A stretch of DNA of 64,000 bases from Clostridia bacterium (GTDB taxonomy: Bacteria; Bacillota; Clostridia; Oscillospirales; UBA644), in NCBI GenBank assembly GCA_014872655.1, contig WHHJ01000003.1:863-64862 (forward strand), written 5' to 3'. Under the pieces are notes generated by a model. The model was not told the origin of the DNA and made no database searches. It was given only the letters and a program-made list of their open reading frames with translations. The position numbers and the translations under genes were made by a program. Shown here piece after piece: positions 54,975-63,091 of the stretch. Within the stretch, counting starts at the first letter, position 1. Every line of letters begins with the position of its first letter.

Positions 54975-56355
54975 TTGATTCACATTCCTTTAAAAACTCT
55001 TTCAGCGTTTGAATTTGCCGCTCAACGGCCTCCGGTGCCGGGCCTCCGATGGCACGGCGGCCTTTTACGCAATTTTCCAGATTTACGCTTTCGTAAATGT
55101 CCTGTTCAAATAAATCGCTGTGTTGACGATATTCTTCCAGCGATAAGGTTTCCAGGGTTTTATTCTGTTCTTCGCAATACCGCACAATTCCTCCGATCAC
55201 GCGGTAAGCATCGCGGAATGGCATTCCTTTTTTGGTCAGATAGTCTGCGCAGTCCGTCGCGTTAATAAATCCTTTTGATGCGGCGTTTCTTAGTGCCTGC
55301 TTGCGTACTGTAATGGATTGAAACATCGGCACAAAAATTCGAAGACAGGCAGACAAGGTATCTACAGTATCAAAAATACATTCTTTATCTTCCTGCATAT
55401 CTTTGTTGTATGCAAGCGGCAATCCCTTCATCAACGTCAGCAGGGTAATCAGCGTTCCGTATACGCGGCCTGTTTTGCCCCGGACGAGTTCTGAAATGTC
55501 CGGATTCTTTTTTTGCGGCATAATCGAAGACCCTGTAGAAAACGCATCGTCTAAACCAATAAAGCCAAATTCAGAGGAGCACCACAAAATCATTTCCTCG
55601 CTAAAGCGAGATAGGTGCATCATTAAAATGGAGGCACAAGAAGCAAATTCAATCAGAAAATCTCGGTCACTGACCGCATCAATACTGTTTTCGCACGGAC
55701 GGTCAAAGCCCAGTAAATCCGCTGTTAATTGCCGATCTATGGGATACGTGGTGGTTGCTAATGCTCCGGCTCCGAGCGGGCACTCATTGAGTCGTTTTTT
55801 GCAATCTGAAAGTCGGCCGCAGTCCCGTTTCAACATTTGTGCATACGCTAAGATATAGTGTGCAAAGGTGACCGGTTGTGCTCTTTGCAGGTGGGTGTAA
55901 GCCGGCATAACAAAATCTTTGCATTGCTCTGCTTTGTCCACGATTGCCTGAATCAGTGCTGCGGTCAGATGCAGAATTTCGTCTGTAGCCTGACGCATGT
56001 ACAATCGGATATCCACCGCAATCTGGTCGTTGCGTGACCGTGCAGTGTGCAGACGTTTCCCCGCATCGCCGATCCGCTGTGTCAGAATGGTTTCAATATT
56101 CATATGAATATCTTCCGCGTCTACAGATAACTCAACTGTTCCGTTTTCAATATCCGATAAGATTTGTTTTAATTCTCGGCAAATGAGTTCGCTTTCTTCT
56201 TTGGGAATAATGCCGCACTGGCCCAACATGGTTGCGTGTGCGATAGAACCCGTAATATCTTCTTTATACAATCGTTTATCAAATCGAATGGACGAGTTGA
56301 AGTCATTGGTTTGACTGTCCACATCTTTGGTAAAACGCCCGGACCAAAGTTTCAT
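54961..56355 (-). CDS. argH: argininosuccinate lyase
   Basis: It begins MKLWSGRF, and also shows TGSSIMPQKKNPD (the fumarate-lyase signature) and RSRNDQ. Confidence 0.92.
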   Translation of the reverse strand: MKLWSGRFTKDVDSQTNDFNSSIRFDKRLYKEDITGSIAHATMLGQCGIIPKEESELICRELKQILSDIENGTVELSVDAEDIHMNIETILTQRIGDAGKRLHTARSRNDQIAVDIRLYMRQATDEILHLTAALIQAIVDKAEQCKDFVMPAYTHLQRAQPVTFAHYILAYAQMLKRDCGRLSDCKKRLNECPLGAGALATTTYPIDRQLTADLLGFDRPCENSIDAVSDRDFLIEFASCASILMMHLSRFSEEMILWCSSEFGFIGLDDAFSTGSSIMPQKKNPDISELVRGKTGRVYGTLITLLTLMKGLPLAYNKDMQEDKECIFDTVDTLSACLRIFVPMFQSITVRKQALRNAASKGFINATDCADYLTKKGMPFRDAYRVIGGIVRYCEEQNKTLETLSLEEYRQHSDLFEQDIYESVNLENCVKGRRAIGGPAPEAVERQIQTLKEFLKECESNDAN

Positions 56356-56369
56356 GTTTTGCCTCCCTG

Positions 56370-57728
56370 TTAGTTTTTCAGGCTTTGTATCGGAGCCGGA
56401 ATCCGTCCGCCCCGTTCAATAAATTTTGCCGGAGAAAATTGGTTGACCGGCATGACGGGTGCAGATCCTAACAACCCGCCAAATTCAACCATGTCTCCCT
56501 CTTTTGCACCGTAAACCGGAATCACACGAACTGCCGTTGTTTTGCTGTTGATCATTCCGATCGCTGCTTCATCTGCGATGATTGCCGAAATGATTTCTGC
56601 GGAAGTTTCGCCTGGGATGGCTATCATATCCAGCCCTACGGAGCATACAGAGGTCATGGCTTCCAACTTGTTCAGCGTCAAACATCCACATTGAGCAGCA
56701 TGAATCATTCCCGCATCTTCTGAGACGGGGATAAACGCTCCGGACAAGCCTCCAACATGGGAAGAAGCCATAATTCCGCCCTTTTTCACCGCATCATTCA
56801 ACAACGCTAAAGCCGCCGTTGTTCCGTGGCACCCGCAGCATTCCAGCCCCATTTGCTCTAAGATGTAAGCTACGGAATCTCCGATTGCCGGAGTGGGAGC
56901 CAGAGACAGGTCAACGATACCAAAACTTACGTTTAGTCGTCTGGATGCCTCTGCGGCGACCAGCTGTCCCATTCGGGTTATTTTGAAAGCAGTCTTTTTT
57001 ACAACATTTGCAACTTCCGACAGGTCTCCATCACATTTTTCCAAAGCGGTCTTTACAACGCCGGGGCCGGATACGCCAACATTGATTGCTGTATCCGCTT
57101 CTCCCATGCCGTGAAATGCCCCGGCCATAAACGGATTATCTTCTACCGCATTGGCAAAAACAACCAATTTTGCGCAGCCAATAGAGCCTTGATCTTTGGT
57201 AACCTGAGCCAACTGTTTGACGATCAATCCCATATCCCGGACAGCATCCATATTGATTCCGGCCCGCGTAGAGGCTACATTGACTGAAGAACAAACATTT
57301 TGTGTTTGAGCCAGCGCACTGGGGATAGACTGAATCAATGCTCGGTCGCTTTCGGTAAATCCTTTCTGCACCAAAGCAGAAAAACCGCCGATAAAGTTGA
57401 CTCCGCATTCATCTGCCGCTTTTTGAAGAGTTAACGCAAATGGTGTTAAATCTTTCGCCTTGCAAGCCGCTGCAATGACACTGATCGGAGTGACAGAAAT
57501 TCTTTTATGAATAATGGGAATACCATATTCTTTTTCGATCTCGTTTCCGGTTTGAACTAAGTTTTTTGCTTTTTGACAAATTTTATCATAAATTTTATTG
57601 CAGCATATGTTGATATCTTCACTAATGCAGTCAAAAAGCGAGATTCCCATAGTGATCGTTCGAACGTCCAAATGTTCGTCCGTGATCATGTGAATGGTCT
57701 CTAAAATATCGTCTGTGTTATACAGCAT
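56370..57728 (-). CDS. UPF0210 / DUF711 ('PFL family') protein, function unknown
   Basis: The 452-aa ORF begins [24 protein letters not shown], which is characteristic of UPF0210. It is paired with the upstream small ACT protein. Confidence 0.7.
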   Translation of the reverse strand: MLYNTDDILETIHMITDEHLDVRTITMGISLFDCISEDINICCNKIYDKICQKAKNLVQTGNEIEKEYGIPIIHKRISVTPISVIAAACKAKDLTPFALTLQKAADECGVNFIGGFSALVQKGFTESDRALIQSIPSALAQTQNVCSSVNVASTRAGINMDAVRDMGLIVKQLAQVTKDQGSIGCAKLVVFANAVEDNPFMAGAFHGMGEADTAINVGVSGPGVVKTALEKCDGDLSEVANVVKKTAFKITRMGQLVAAEASRRLNVSFGIVDLSLAPTPAIGDSVAYILEQMGLECCGCHGTTAALALLNDAVKKGGIMASSHVGGLSGAFIPVSEDAGMIHAAQCGCLTLNKLEAMTSVCSVGLDMIAIPGETSAEIISAIIADEAAIGMINSKTTAVRVIPVYGAKEGDMVEFGGLLGSAPVMPVNQFSPAKFIERGGRIPAPIQSLKN

Positions 57729-57739
57729 GATTCTTCTCC

Positions 57740-58009
57740 TTATATTTTGTGCATCGCATTAAAGATATCTTCGTGCATAGTGTGCATTGACAGCCCCATG
57801 CTCTGACCTAACTGATCAATTTGTTCTACAAAATCCGTAAATTTTTCTTTGATGTTGGAGATGTCTACAATCATGATCATTACAAAAATATCTCCGAGTA
57901 CTTTTTGCGTGATATCGCAGATATTTACATTGTTTTGCGCGCATTTTTCACTTACTTTGGAAATAATGCCGACCGTGTCTTTACCAATAACCGTAATGAC
58001 TGCTTTCAT
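57740..58009 (-). CDS. ACT-domain protein (UPF0237 family)
   Basis: [35 protein letters not shown] is an ACT beta-alpha-beta pattern. The ATG at 58009 is preferred. Confidence 0.7.
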   Translation of the reverse strand: MKAVITVIGKDTVGIISKVSEKCAQNNVNICDITQKVLGDIFVMIMIVDISNIKEKFTDFVEQIDQLGQSMGLSMHTMHEDIFNAMHKI

Positions 58010-58035
58010 AAGGTTTCCGCCTTTCAAAATGAACT

Positions 58036-58076
58036 CAAAACAGTGCGAAAACTCGTTGCTTTCGCACTGTTTTTTG
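58036..58076. terminator. 10-bp hairpin between argG and the ACT gene (attenuator/terminator-like)
   Basis: The hairpin is CAGTGCGAAA, a 9-nt loop, then TTTCGCACTG. It has a T6 run on the plus side and only a T4 run on the operon (minus) side. Confidence 0.4.
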
Positions 58077-58090
58077 TTAATAAATCTGTA

Positions 58091-59317
58091 TTAATCCTGT
58101 TTTTCGCGTTGTTTATCCAACATGGCTTTTACTTTGATGGGTAACCCGTACAGGTTGATGAAGCCTTCTGCATCTTTTTGGTTATATACCTCATCCTGGC
58201 TGAATGTTGCAACTTGTTCATCGTACAGCGTGTAGGGGGAGGTAATGCCGGCTAAAATGATGTTGCCTTTATAAAGCTTTAATTTTACGTCGCCCGTAAC
58301 GGTTTTCTGCGTCTGGTCTACAAAGGCAGAGAGCGCTTCTCTGAGTGGGGTAAACCATTGTCCGTTATAAACAATATCTGCAAATGTTAAAGCCATTTTT
58401 TGCTTGTAGTGCTGAGTTTCTTTGTCCAGACAAATGGTTTCAAGCGCATCGTGTGCTTTATACAAAATCGTTCCGCCCGGAGTTTCGTATACACCTCTGG
58501 ACTTCATGCCGACCAACCGGTTTTCAACCATGTCGATAATACCGATTCCGTTTTCTCCACCCACTTTATTCAGCGCTTTCAACAGTTCAACGCTGTCCAT
58601 AGCCTTTCCGTCAAGAGCTGTCGGAACACCCTGTTCAAAGTGGAGGTTGATGTAAGTATCCTGATCCGGAGCCTTTTCCGGAGTAACTCCAAGTTCCAAG
58701 ATCTTATCGTACATCGGCTCATTTGCCGGATCTTCCAGATCTAAACCTTCGTGAGATAAGTGCCAAAGGTTCATATCTTTGGAATAGTTTGTTTCACGAT
58801 TGATTTTCAGCGGAACATTATGGGCTTCTGCGTAATCGATTTCTTCGTCTCTGGACTGGATGTCCCAAATCCGCCAAGGCGCAATAATTGGCATATCCGG
58901 TGCAAAATGTTTGATGGTTAATTCAAACCGAACCTGGTCATTGCCTTTTCCTGTACAGCCATGGCAGATTGCGTCAGCATTTTCTTTTTTTGCAATTTCA
59001 ACAATTCTTTTTGCAATCAGTGGACGTGCAAAAGAGGTTCCCAACAGGTATTGATTTTCATATACAGCTCCGGCTTTTAATGTTGGGTAGATATAATCTT
59101 CAATAAACTCTTTTGTCAAGTCTTCAATGTATATTTTAGATGCGCCGGTTTTGATGGCCTTTTCTTCCAGTCCTTCCAATTCCGAAGCCTGGCCGACATT
59201 TCCGGAGACACAAATCACTTCACAATTGTTATAGTTTTCTTTTAACCACGGGATAATGATCGAGGTGTCGAGTCCTCCCGAGTATGCAAGAACTACTTTT
59301 TTAATTTCCTTTTTCAT
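58091..59317 (-). CDS. argG: argininosuccinate synthase
   Basis: It shows [26 protein letters not shown] and SRDEEI. Confidence 0.93.
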   Translation of the reverse strand: MKKEIKKVVLAYSGGLDTSIIIPWLKENYNNCEVICVSGNVGQASELEGLEEKAIKTGASKIYIEDLTKEFIEDYIYPTLKAGAVYENQYLLGTSFARPLIAKRIVEIAKKENADAICHGCTGKGNDQVRFELTIKHFAPDMPIIAPWRIWDIQSRDEEIDYAEAHNVPLKINRETNYSKDMNLWHLSHEGLDLEDPANEPMYDKILELGVTPEKAPDQDTYINLHFEQGVPTALDGKAMDSVELLKALNKVGGENGIGIIDMVENRLVGMKSRGVYETPGGTILYKAHDALETICLDKETQHYKQKMALTFADIVYNGQWFTPLREALSAFVDQTQKTVTGDVKLKLYKGNIILAGITSPYTLYDEQVATFSQDEVYNQKDAEGFINLYGLPIKVKAMLDKQREKQD

Positions 59318-59355
59318 TTTTTGCCCTCCTAAGTGACAAATTCTTCGTTTGTTTA

Positions 59356-59384
59356 ATTATACAATTTATTGGATAAAAAATCAA
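59356..59384 (-). promoter_or_regulatory. sigmaA-type promoter of the arg operon
   Basis: The minus strand reads TTGATT (59384-59379), 17 nt, then TATAAT (59361-59356), about 38 nt upstream of ATG 59317. Confidence 0.5.
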
Positions 59385-59555
59385 TACCCTAAAACAAAAA
59401 AAATAAACGAATATTATATTCAATTTTACCGGCGCCTTGTATATAATACTAAAAACAGCTATTTCATGTTTTTTGAATGATATATCTGGCGGTGTTTTCA
59501 GGCGAAAATCAAACAGGTGGTAGGTGTTGAAAAAGATAGAAAAGAAGTTTTTTAA

Positions 59556-59593
59556 AGTTTATAAATATTCAAATATATGAATATTTATTCATT
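59556..59593. promoter_or_regulatory. tandem ARG boxes (ArgR/AhrC operator)
   Basis: Positions 59576-59593, TATGAATATTTATTCATT, match the 18-bp consensus WNTGAATWWWWATTCANW at every position. Positions 59556-59573, AGTTTATAAATATTCAAA, have 2 core mismatches. The two boxes are 2 bp apart. Confidence 0.6.
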
Positions 59594-59830
59594 TTTTGCT
59601 TTTTTGAATAGTTTCCTTTAAACGATCAGGAAAAGCATCATGAGTGATGAATGAAACAAAATCACATTCCGATATTACACCTATATATTATATAAGAAAC
59701 CAAGAGGCTTGTCAATTAAAAGAAAACGAAATTTTTATAGATTGTCCTTTATTTTAACCGTAGAGCCCGGCAATCAGGAAGAATTGCTCAAAAAGGAGGC
59801 GCATGTTTTAAGGGATCTTTAAAAAATATG

Positions 59831-59859
59831 TTGACAAGAGGGCATTTTTGTGGTATAAT
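59831..59859 (+). promoter_or_regulatory. strong sigmaA-type promoter of rplU-rpmA, with a leader of about 72 nt
   Basis: TTGACA (59831-59836), 17 nt, then TGG-TATAAT (59851-59859). Both hexamers are consensus and there is an extended -10. Confidence 0.65.
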
Positions 59860-59937
59860 AACAAAGCCGCATAGAACAGGCTCTTAAAAGTCATATGGCT
59901 GCCTGTGATAGCGAGTCTTAAATAAAGAGGTAAAAAT

Positions 59938-60249
59938 ATGTACGCAGTAATCGTAACAGGCGGTAAACAGTACAAGGTTGCCGAAGGCGACACATTGTTT
60001 ATCGAAAAGCTGGATGCGGAAGCTGGCAATACGGTCACCTTTGATAAGGTATTGCTTGTTGCAGACGGCGACAAAATTACAGCAGGTGCTCCGTATGTAG
60101 AAGGAGCAACGGTAGAAGCCAAATTGGAAAAGAACGGAAAAGCTAAAAAAATCCGTGTTTTCAAGTATAAGGCAAAGAAGAATGAACGTAAGCGCATTGG
60201 GCACAGACAACCTTATTCCAAGGTTACGGTCAGTGCGATTAAACTGTAA
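59938..60249 (+). CDS. rplU: 50S ribosomal protein L21
   Basis: The 103-aa ORF begins [18 protein letters not shown]. Confidence 0.95.
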   Translation: MYAVIVTGGKQYKVAEGDTLFIEKLDAEAGNTVTFDKVLLVADGDKITAGAPYVEGATVEAKLEKNGKAKKIRVFKYKAKKNERKRIGHRQPYSKVTVSAIKL

Positions 60250-60269
60250 GAAAGCTGGAGGTGTTTTAA

Positions 60270-60530
60270 ATGGCTCATAAGAAAGGTGTCGGCTCGACAA
60301 AAAACGGCCGTGATTCCGAATCAAAACGCCTTGGCGTAAAAAAGGCAGACGGACAGTTTGTTTTGGCAGGAAACATCTTGGTTAGACAGCGCGGAACAAA
60401 GATCAATCCGGGTCTGAATGTCGGCAAGGGTTCTGATGATACGTTGTTTGCTTTGGTTGACGGTACGGTCAAATTTGAGCGTGTCGGCAAGGATAAGAAA
60501 AAAGTAAGTATTTACGCCGTCGAACTGTAA
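60270..60530 (+). CDS. rpmA: 50S ribosomal protein L27 (short form, no N-terminal propeptide)
   Basis: The 86-aa ORF begins [24 protein letters not shown]. Confidence 0.95.
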   Translation: MAHKKGVGSTKNGRDSESKRLGVKKADGQFVLAGNILVRQRGTKINPGLNVGKGSDDTLFALVDGTVKFERVGKDKKKVSIYAVEL

Positions 60531-60573
60531 GATTGCCAAAGGTAAAGCTTATTTTTATAAACAAGTCGTTCAA

Positions 60574-60613
60574 TAAAGATGCCTTGCAGATGTAAAGCAT
60601 CTTTATTTTTTTT
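60574..60613 (+). terminator. rho-independent terminator between rpmA and obg
   Basis: The stem ATAAAGATGC / GCATCTTTAT is followed by a T8 run and ends about 5 nt before the obg SD GGAGGA. Confidence 0.6.
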
Positions 60614-60622
60614 GGAGGAAGT

Positions 60623-61903
60623 ATGTTTGCGGATTATACGAAAATATATGTAAAGGCTGGCGACGGCGGAGACGGAGCAGTTGCCTTTCATCGTGAAAAA
60701 TATGTGGCCGCAGGCGGGCCTGATGGCGGAGACGGCGGAAAAGGCGGCAGTGTTATATTTGAAGTAGATACAAATATGAACACCTTGGAAGATTTACGTT
60801 ATCACCGAAAGTTTGTTGCCAAGAACGGAGAGAACGGAAAAGGCGGCAAAATGTTTGGGAAAAACGGCGCGAATGTTACGATCAAGGTGCCGCTGGGAAC
60901 GTTGATTCGAGACGCGCAGACCGGACGTATTATAAAAGATATGAGTGATCAAGAGCCGTTTGTTTTTCTGAAAGGCGGTAACGGCGGATGGGGCAATCGG
61001 CATTTTGCAACGCCCACTCGTCAATGTCCTCGATTTGCAAAGCCCGGTATTCCAGGAGAAGAACGGGAATTGATTTTGGAGTTAAAATTGATTGCGGATG
61101 TGGGACTCGTCGGTTTTCCGAATGTGGGCAAGTCTACTTTGTTGAGTGTTGTAAGTTCTGCACGCCCTAAGATTGCTAATTATCATTTTACAACGCTGAG
61201 TCCGAATTTGGGCGTTGTGCGGATTGATGACGGGCAAAGTTTTGTGATGGCCGATATTCCTGGTATTATTGAAGGCGCCGGCGAGGGTGCTGGATTGGGA
61301 CATCAGTTTTTACGTCACATTGAGCGGTGCCGATTGCTGGTGCACATGGTCGATATTTCGGGCAGTGAGGGGAGAGATCCTCTTCAGGATTTTGAGACGA
61401 TCAATCGGGAACTTGCCGGATTTTCCGAAAAATTGGCACAGTGCCCTCAAGTGGTTGTTGGGAATAAGGCTGATATCATTACAGACCCGCAGACAGCACA
61501 GGCATTTCGTGAGTATGTTCAAAAACAAGGATTAGATTATTTCGAAATTTCTGCGGCAGCACATCAGGGTGTACAGGATTTAGTAAAGGTATTGTATGAA
61601 AAAATTTGTCATCTGCCTGCCATTACGGTTTATGAACCGGAAGAAGAGCCTTTGGACGAAAAAACGCTTGGTCAACGCTCTAAAGAAATTACGGTAACGC
61701 GGTATGCGGACGGCTTTTATTCTGTAGAAGGCGAATGGCTGCGTTATGTGATGCGTAGTGTAAATTTTGACGATTATGAATCGCTGCAATATTTTCAACG
61801 GATTCTTCGCAGCAGCGGAGTGATTGATAAATTAGTTGAAAACGGCATAAAAGAGGGCGATACGGTCAATATATATGATTATGAGTTCGATTTTGTGTTT
61901 TAA
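60623..61903 (+). CDS. obg: GTPase Obg/CgtA
   Basis: It has a glycine-rich Obg fold (KAGDGGDGAVAFHREKY, GGPDGGDGGKGGSV), the G motifs GFPNVGKST, DIPG and NKAD, and a C-terminal TGS-like OCT domain. Confidence 0.93.
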   Translation: MFADYTKIYVKAGDGGDGAVAFHREKYVAAGGPDGGDGGKGGSVIFEVDTNMNTLEDLRYHRKFVAKNGENGKGGKMFGKNGANVTIKVPLGTLIRDAQTGRIIKDMSDQEPFVFLKGGNGGWGNRHFATPTRQCPRFAKPGIPGEERELILELKLIADVGLVGFPNVGKSTLLSVVSSARPKIANYHFTTLSPNLGVVRIDDGQSFVMADIPGIIEGAGEGAGLGHQFLRHIERCRLLVHMVDISGSEGRDPLQDFETINRELAGFSEKLAQCPQVVVGNKADIITDPQTAQAFREYVQKQGLDYFEISAAAHQGVQDLVKVLYEKICHLPAITVYEPEEEPLDEKTLGQRSKEITVTRYADGFYSVEGEWLRYVMRSVNFDDYESLQYFQRILRSSGVIDKLVENGIKEGDTVNIYDYEFDFVF

Positions 61904-61919
61904 AGAATGAGAGGTTCCT

Positions 61920-62741
61920 ATGTTACAGCGGTATATACGGAATTTAGCACTTGTTTTTGCCAGTGCGGCAATTTTAGTCGTTTTGTTTTTGTTTTGGGAA
62001 TCTGCCATGACAGATCGTTCCGGATTTGACTATATCAGTATCAATGCGGTTGTTGAGCAGGATCTTTCCGATGAGGAGTTGGCCGTTCAGAAAAGTACGG
62101 CAGACAGTTTAAAATCCGCTTTGCGCAGCGCTGTTACGGTCGAGGATTCTTCTACTGTTTTACTGGATGAAAAAGACGCGGTTTTGATTGCTTATCGTGA
62201 TGGTCAAACGGTTGTTCGATATGATTTATATGTGATGAGTGTTGCGCAAAAGCTCGGTTACTTGTATGATGAAGCCGGTAATCATTTATATCGTCTTTCG
62301 GCCGACGGATTTGTCACACTTGGGCAGAATGCTGCGATGAAGTCTTATTTTACGTATTCCCAAACTCCGCAGATGTCGATCGTGAGCGCTTCTGAGAAAG
62401 CGGTTTCCGGTAAGGTAACGGAAGGTTTTTGGGCTTATGCTGAACCGGACGGGTATTATACCCAGCGGACTCTTTCTGCTCAGCAGACAGAGATCATGCA
62501 ATTAGGTGCCGAGGATGTTGTGTTGGTTTGTGATGTGGTTCCGGACCGTATTTTGGTTACGGTAACGGATGAGGACGGAAAAGTTTTGATGGATCAGCAG
62601 CCAATGTCTCTTTCGGATCCGTTTACTTGCTTTGAGTCCGGAGAAGTGTATCAGGTGTCGGCAGAAGTGACATGGGACAAAAGTATCCAAAAAGATTATT
62701 ACGGCAATATTATTTATAAGTTCAGCGTTGGTATTGATTAA
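61920..62741 (+). CDS. membrane-anchored hypothetical protein
   Basis: The 273-aa ORF has a single N-terminal TM (LALVFASAAILVVLFLFW). No motif was recognised. Confidence 0.5.
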   Translation: MLQRYIRNLALVFASAAILVVLFLFWESAMTDRSGFDYISINAVVEQDLSDEELAVQKSTADSLKSALRSAVTVEDSSTVLLDEKDAVLIAYRDGQTVVRYDLYVMSVAQKLGYLYDEAGNHLYRLSADGFVTLGQNAAMKSYFTYSQTPQMSIVSASEKAVSGKVTEGFWAYAEPDGYYTQRTLSAQQTEIMQLGAEDVVLVCDVVPDRILVTVTDEDGKVLMDQQPMSLSDPFTCFESGEVYQVSAEVTWDKSIQKDYYGNIIYKFSVGID

Positions 62742-62784
62742 AATCGAATTGGCGCAGAAAAACTTTTTCTTATATAAGAAGAGA

Positions 62785-62817
62785 AAAAAAGAGCGGTTAA
62801 ATCCCGTTCTTTTTTTT
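62785..62817 (+). terminator. rho-independent terminator
   Basis: The stem AGAGCGG / CCCGTTCT (one G-U pair) is followed by a T8 run. Confidence 0.55.
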
Positions 62818-62819
62818 GC

Positions 62820-62860
62820 ATCCAGGGCTGTCCGGTTCGCGGATAGCCCTGGATATTTTT
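62820..62860 (+). terminator. second tandem hairpin terminator
   Basis: The structure is ATCCAGGGCT, a 15-nt loop, AGCCCTGGAT, then ATTTTT. Confidence 0.55.
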
Positions 62861-62990
62861 ATAAGACTTTTATGACCAAAAAAATTTTCTGTTAAAATGA
62901 AAGACTTTTTTGTTTTAAAAGAACATATGTTATAACGCACAAGAAACAAAAAAATATATGTCTATTATAAACAAAACTTATAAAAAACTA

Positions 62991-63019
62991 TTGAAAATGC
63001 TATACATTTGATGTATAAT
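62991..63019 (+). promoter_or_regulatory. sigmaA-type promoter of the EF-G paralogue
   Basis: TTGAAA (62991-62996), 17 nt, then TATAAT (63014-63019). Confidence 0.5.
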
Positions 63020-63091
63020 ACAAAAGAAGTAATATATTTGTCACAAATAGAATTTATTGCTTTTACGTGAAGATTGAAAGGGGATAAAATT

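Noticed and set aside
59808-60324. 129-aa and 146-aa minus-strand ORFs
   Set aside because: They are antisense to the highly conserved rplU gene and its consensus promoter, so they are shadow ORFs.
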